Positions 59,830 through 64,000 of a stretch of DNA of 64,000 nucleotides are shown here, in pieces. Source of the stretch: Octopus sinensis. Lineage: Eukaryota. The stretch's first letter is position 1. Each line of letters starts with the position of its first letter. The notes under the pieces are model-generated. The model saw only the letters and a program-made list of their open reading frames with translations. It was not told where the DNA came from and did not search any database. The stretch covers positions 1,798,001 through 1,862,000 of the forward strand of contig NC_043011.1 in NCBI RefSeq assembly GCF_006345805.1. Reading direction: 5' to 3'. Position numbers and translations under genes: made by a program.

Positions 59830-59840
<11 letters not shown>
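59178..59840 (-). mobile_element. Hammerhead-bearing non-coding retroelement: 476-bp unit, 156-bp terminal direct repeat, 25-bp terminal inversion, between (TA)n tracts
   Basis: 59178-59333 = 59654-59809; 59772-59796 inverted at 59816-59840. Confidence 0.85.
59444..59489 (-). ncRNA. Minimal type-I hammerhead ribozyme, canonical core
   Basis: GGCCTG-CTGATGA-ATAC GTAA GTAT-GAAA-TCAC T GTGA-TA-CAGGTC: all conserved core nucleotides, 6-bp stem I (one G.U), GNRA-capped stem II, AUA triplet. Confidence 0.85.
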
Positions 59841-59875
<35 letters not shown>

Positions 59876-59877
59876 GG

Positions 59878-60250
59878 TGCGGTGCAGGAGTGGCTGTGTG
59901 GTAAGAAGCTTGCTTCCCAACTACATGGTTCTGGGTTCAGTCTCACTGCTTGGCACCTTGGGCAAGTGTCTTCTGTTATAGCCTTGGGCCAACCAAAGCT
60001 TTGTGAGTGGATTGGTAACCAGAAGCTGAAAGAAGCTGAAATATATTTGTGCGTTTCAATGTTTGTCCCCTCACCATCGCTCAACAACTGATGTTAGTAT
60101 GCGTAAGTCCCCGTAACTAAGCAGTTTGGCAAAAGAGACCAATAGAATAAGTACTAGGTTTACAAAGAAAAAGTGCTGGGATCGATTTGTTTGACTGAAG
60201 GTCGTGCTCCAGCATGGCTGCAGTCAAATGACTGGCATAAGTAAAAGAAA
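59878..60250 (+). mobile_element. SINE family A, full-length, nested
   Basis: Head to tail. Confidence 0.88.
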
Positions 60251-60254
60251 AAAA

Positions 60255-60300
<46 letters not shown>

Positions 60301-60524
60301 GATGGGCTTCTTTCAGTTTCCATCCACCAAATCCACTCACAAGGCTTTGGTCAACCCGAGGTTATAGTAGAAGACACTTGCTGAAGACACTTGCATGAGA
60401 TGAAAAAGAGCCTTGACTTAGTCACAACATACTCAAAGAATGTAGGATTGGAGTTTGATCAGGATAAATGTTGTTATATGGTTGGGAAAAGGGGGGAAAC
60501 TATAAACTAGACTAGTAATATCTC

Positions 60525-60855
60525 CATCAATGATTTAACTGTTTCATCAGCATAGAGGAGCTCCCAGGGGCAACCCGTCTTGAATTCCTCTGTTATTACC
60601 TGGAGGACTATGATGAATAAAAGGGGACTCAGGGCTGAACCTTGGTGGACCCCTACTTCTACCTGGAATTTTTCACTATACTCGTTGCCAATCCTAAACT
60701 TGCTGACAGCCTCTCTGTATAGGGCCTGTACAGCCCTTATTAACCATTTGTCAATCTCCAGTTTCCACATCGCCCACCAGGTAAGGGATCAGGGGACCCT
60801 GTCAAAGGCTTTCTCCAAGTCCACGAAAGCTATGTGGAGGGGTTTATCTTTAGTG
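60525..60855 (-). pseudogene. RTE-clade reverse transcriptase fragment
   Basis: HIAFVDLEKAFDRVP...GVHQGSALSPLLFIIVL...WELLYAD. Confidence 0.9.
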
Positions 60856-61195
60856 GCTGTGTGGTAAAAAGCTTGCTTCCCGACCACATGGTTCCAGGTT
60901 CAGTCCCACTGCATGGCACCTTAGGCAAGTGTCTACTGCTATAGCCAGGTAACTGGAAACTGAAAGAAGCCTGTCATATATGTATATGCTTGTGTGTCTG
61001 TGTTTGTCCTCAAACTATCACTTGCCAGCCAATGTTGATGTGTTTACGTCCCCATAACTTAGCAGTTCACCAAAACAGACCAATAGAATAAGTACTAGGT
61101 TTACAAATAATAAGTCCTGGGGTTGATTTGTTCAACTAAAGGTGGTGCTTCAGTATGGCCACAGTCAAATGACTGAAACAAGGAAAAAAAGGGAA
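60852..61195 (+). mobile_element. SINE family A with internal deletion
   Basis: Head and tail present. Confidence 0.82.
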
Positions 61196-61342
61196 AGAAT
61201 ATATTCACATACACACATGTATATCATATAAACAAACATACATACATACATACATATATATATATATATACATATACACTTTCATACACACCTTGATGCA
61301 AGTTGTTCACAGTTGGGCCCTGCACCTCCGAAGGCCAGCTCT

Positions 61343-61361
61343 GATTGATTGATTGATTGAT

Positions 61362-61405
<44 letters not shown>
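61343..61405. repeat. (GATT)n(GATA)n microsatellite
   Basis: Direct. Confidence 0.95.
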
Positions 61406-61467
61406 AATCCGCTCCTTTCTCAGAAAAAGAATTTCAATAATTGAAAACAGAAAATAACACACACACA

Positions 61468-61521
<54 letters not shown>

Positions 61522-62265
61522 TCTTTTGTGAGTGTGAGAGAGAGAGATAGAGAAAGAGTGATAATGAGTGCAATACAATGGAACAAGGGATTAATATGTA
61601 AATGTGAAGTCCAAATAATCTATTTGCAAATTAATTCCCAAAGGAAATGAATATATTGGATACTAATGATACTAATACTTATTTATATTCTTTCTTTGTA
61701 TGGAATGAAATATTGACAAAACATTCTTACAATTTCATAGTGGCATAATTCTTTGATCTTCACTCAGCTACCTTTAACTCTCTCTATTTGTTATTTCAGT
61801 TCCTTAATTATCTGCAGAGTTTAATGCTTGGTGAACCCCCCCCCCCAAAAAAAAACAATAATAAAAACAAAACAAAAAACCATATAAAGACAAACAAAAA
61901 CACAAATTTTAGCAACATGATAAGATATAGGTGTGTATGGGTGGGGGCTTGGTTAAAGTTTTCCTCTTGGTATGATAATAGCATTCAAGATCCTATTCCA
62001 TTTTAGGTTTTGTGAAACTAATGAAAGAAGAGAACAGTAACATGGTATTGCATACATATACTCGTTAACAAGTGAATATTCCGAAGCAAGCATTTCCAGT
62101 TTCAAAAAGCCAGTCAAGATTATTAACAGAATCATTGTAAATAGACCAATAAGGAAAAATTATTATAAGCAGAATACAATAGAAAAACGTAAAAGAAAGT
62201 ATTTCATACTCCTTGAGGGTAACATATTCATAGAACTAAGATGTTTCTATCAGATTAGATATTTA

Positions 62266-62691
62266 GGATCCTTTTGGTTTGAACGGCAGTTTTTTCTAGC
62301 GGTGTCATATGAAATTGTCACCCATAATTATGACCCTAATATCGATCTATTTCATTTCAATCTGTTTTAGGGTTAGGGTTAGGGTTAGGGGTGGGGGGAA
62401 GGGTATCTTTTTTTCTTCACAAATGTAAATAAACCCAATCTGTTTCTTAAACGAGGGACATATTCATATGGCACAGAATGCTTTTTTTAACCTCAATAGA
62501 CGTCAGAGATTGGTTGAAATTGCAGAAACTGAAGAAAAAAAACAACAAATATCTTCCAAACTATAGAATTTTCTCAATAAAGGCAAGAGAGGAAGATGTT
62601 TTATAAACACATTCTACCAGTATACGAAGTTTAAAAGTATTTAGTAACGTGGAAACTATGTTTAAAATTGCCGTTCAAACCGAAAAGATCC
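62266..62691 (+). mobile_element. Merlin-like MITE with (TTAGGG) run, 8-bp TSD
   Basis: TSD GATATTTA at 62258-62265 and 62692-62699; both TIRs. Confidence 0.9.
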
Positions 62692-62914
62692 GATATTTAT
62701 AAAAATTGATGAGTTTTGATTTACTTAACCTAAATTGCAAAACGTAATTTAAAACACATTTTTCATAAAGGAAGGGAGATAACTCTACATATAAAGAAAA
62801 TTTCAGGGGGATAACTCCCAATCAAAATTTTTTTTTAGTGTAAGCAACTATATTTTATTTTTGTGTACGTTATGAATACATGCATGCGAATGAGCAGTAA
62901 ACACATATACGCTT

Positions 62915-63315
62915 ATCTTTTATCAATTAATTGTTTCTGTCAGCAGACTGTAGCCGTGTTGAGGCATCACCTTGAAGAATTTTAGTCGAACAAATCGGCC
63001 ACCATACTTATTTTTTAAAGCCTTGTTCTTTTCCCGAGCGACTAAGTTACGGGGACGTGAACATGAACATAACCAGCACCAGGAGTGGAACGGTGGTGGG
63101 AGGCAAAGACAAAGACACAGGCATGTGTGTATATATATATATATATATATACATACACACACACACGACAGGCTTCTTTGAGTTTACATCAACCAAATCC
63201 TTTCTTAAGGCTTTGGTCGGCCCGATGTTAGAGTAAAAGACACTTGTCCAAGATGCCTTACGGTGAGACCTGAACCCGGAACCATGTGGTTGGTAAGCAA
63301 GCTACTTACCCCACA
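62915..63315 (-). mobile_element. SINE family A
   Basis: Tail, microsatellite, head. Confidence 0.82.
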
Positions 63316-63814
63316 CCTACAATATTCTTAAGGCCACAATTTACTCACACGCAGCATCTTCAGAACTTTGTCGCTAATTCAGTTCTTAACCAAATTGAAA
63401 ACTGTCCTATATTTAAGAGATGAGGAATTATGTACATTATTTACATTTGACATTTTTTCAAATGTAAATAATATAAATAACATAAATTGAAAACTGTTAA
63501 CATTTTTGAAGAGGGCTGGTCCCTAGCTACTTTTTAGCATTAAAAAATTGAGATTTGGTCCAGTAGAAAAAAGTTTGCATCAAAATTTGTAGCAATGTTA
63601 TAAGAGAGTAAGTAACGCCACCATTCAAGTTTAGATCTAAATAACTTTTTTATTTCAAAAGCAAAATATATTTCTCTTAGCTTCAATGATAGAAGAAAGC
63701 ATGAAGAATTTCATAGTTTTGATGTCATGCAACAAAAATTTGTATCAAAAAAGTTCTGAGGTAAAATATCATGAAAAAAAGTATAAGTAAGGCAAAAAAT
63801 TGGATTTAAGTATA

Positions 63815-64000
63815 CTCTTTACTGTTTTACTCTTTTACTTGTTTCAGTCATTTGACTGCGGCCATGCTGGAGCACCATCTTTAATGGAGCAACTCAACCC
63901 CAGGACTTATTCTTTGTAAGCCCAGTACTTATTCTATCGGTCTCTTTTGCTGAATCGCTAAGTAACGGGGACATAAACACACCAGTATCAGTTGTCAAGC
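63815..64000 (-). mobile_element. SINE family A 3' part (runs off the window)
   Basis: CTCTTTTACTTGTTTCAGTCATTTGACTGCGGCC... Confidence 0.88.

Larger units (their letters stand above)
58877..60385 (-). mobile_element. SINE family A split at its microsatellite (tail 58877-59100, head 60300-60385)
   Basis: Collinear halves enclose the hammerhead element and another SINE A. Confidence 0.65.

Noticed and set aside
60385-60520. R4-like RT fragment (SKNVGLEFDQDKC)
   Set aside because: Plausible but too short to annotate separately with confidence.
62367-62398. Telomere or telomere-fusion scar
   Set aside because: The short TTAGGG run is an internal part of a multi-copy TIR element.

Overview
AT-rich eukaryotic DNA packed with microsatellites and transposons. 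It is most likely intronic or intergenic sequence from a coleoid cephalopod (octopus-like); this is inferred from recalled SINE families, not from a database search. No intact protein-coding gene can be supported, and almost all supplied ORFs are microsatellite read-through or decayed transposon frames. Recognised content: a dead DD34D mariner with TIRs; RTE, CR1-group, R4/Dong and gag-knuckle LINE remnants; about 40 tRNA-derived SINE copies in three working families (A, C, D); a non-autonomous Helitron; piggyBac-, hAT- and Merlin-type MITEs (the last carrying TTAGGG repeats); and large simple-repeat arrays with higher-order duplications. The main observation is eight minimal type-I hammerhead-ribozyme motifs from several sequence families. 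One has a canonical core, three have a U3-A8 compensatory core, and stems co-vary between copies. They lie in Penelope-like or retrozyme-like elements, most of which abut (TA)n tracts, and several have long inverted termini. One element is a ~455-476 nt non-coding monomer with terminal redundancy. A second candidate is a textbook recursive-splice (AG|GTAAGT) site followed by a stop-laden 88-nt exon at 47.4 kb.
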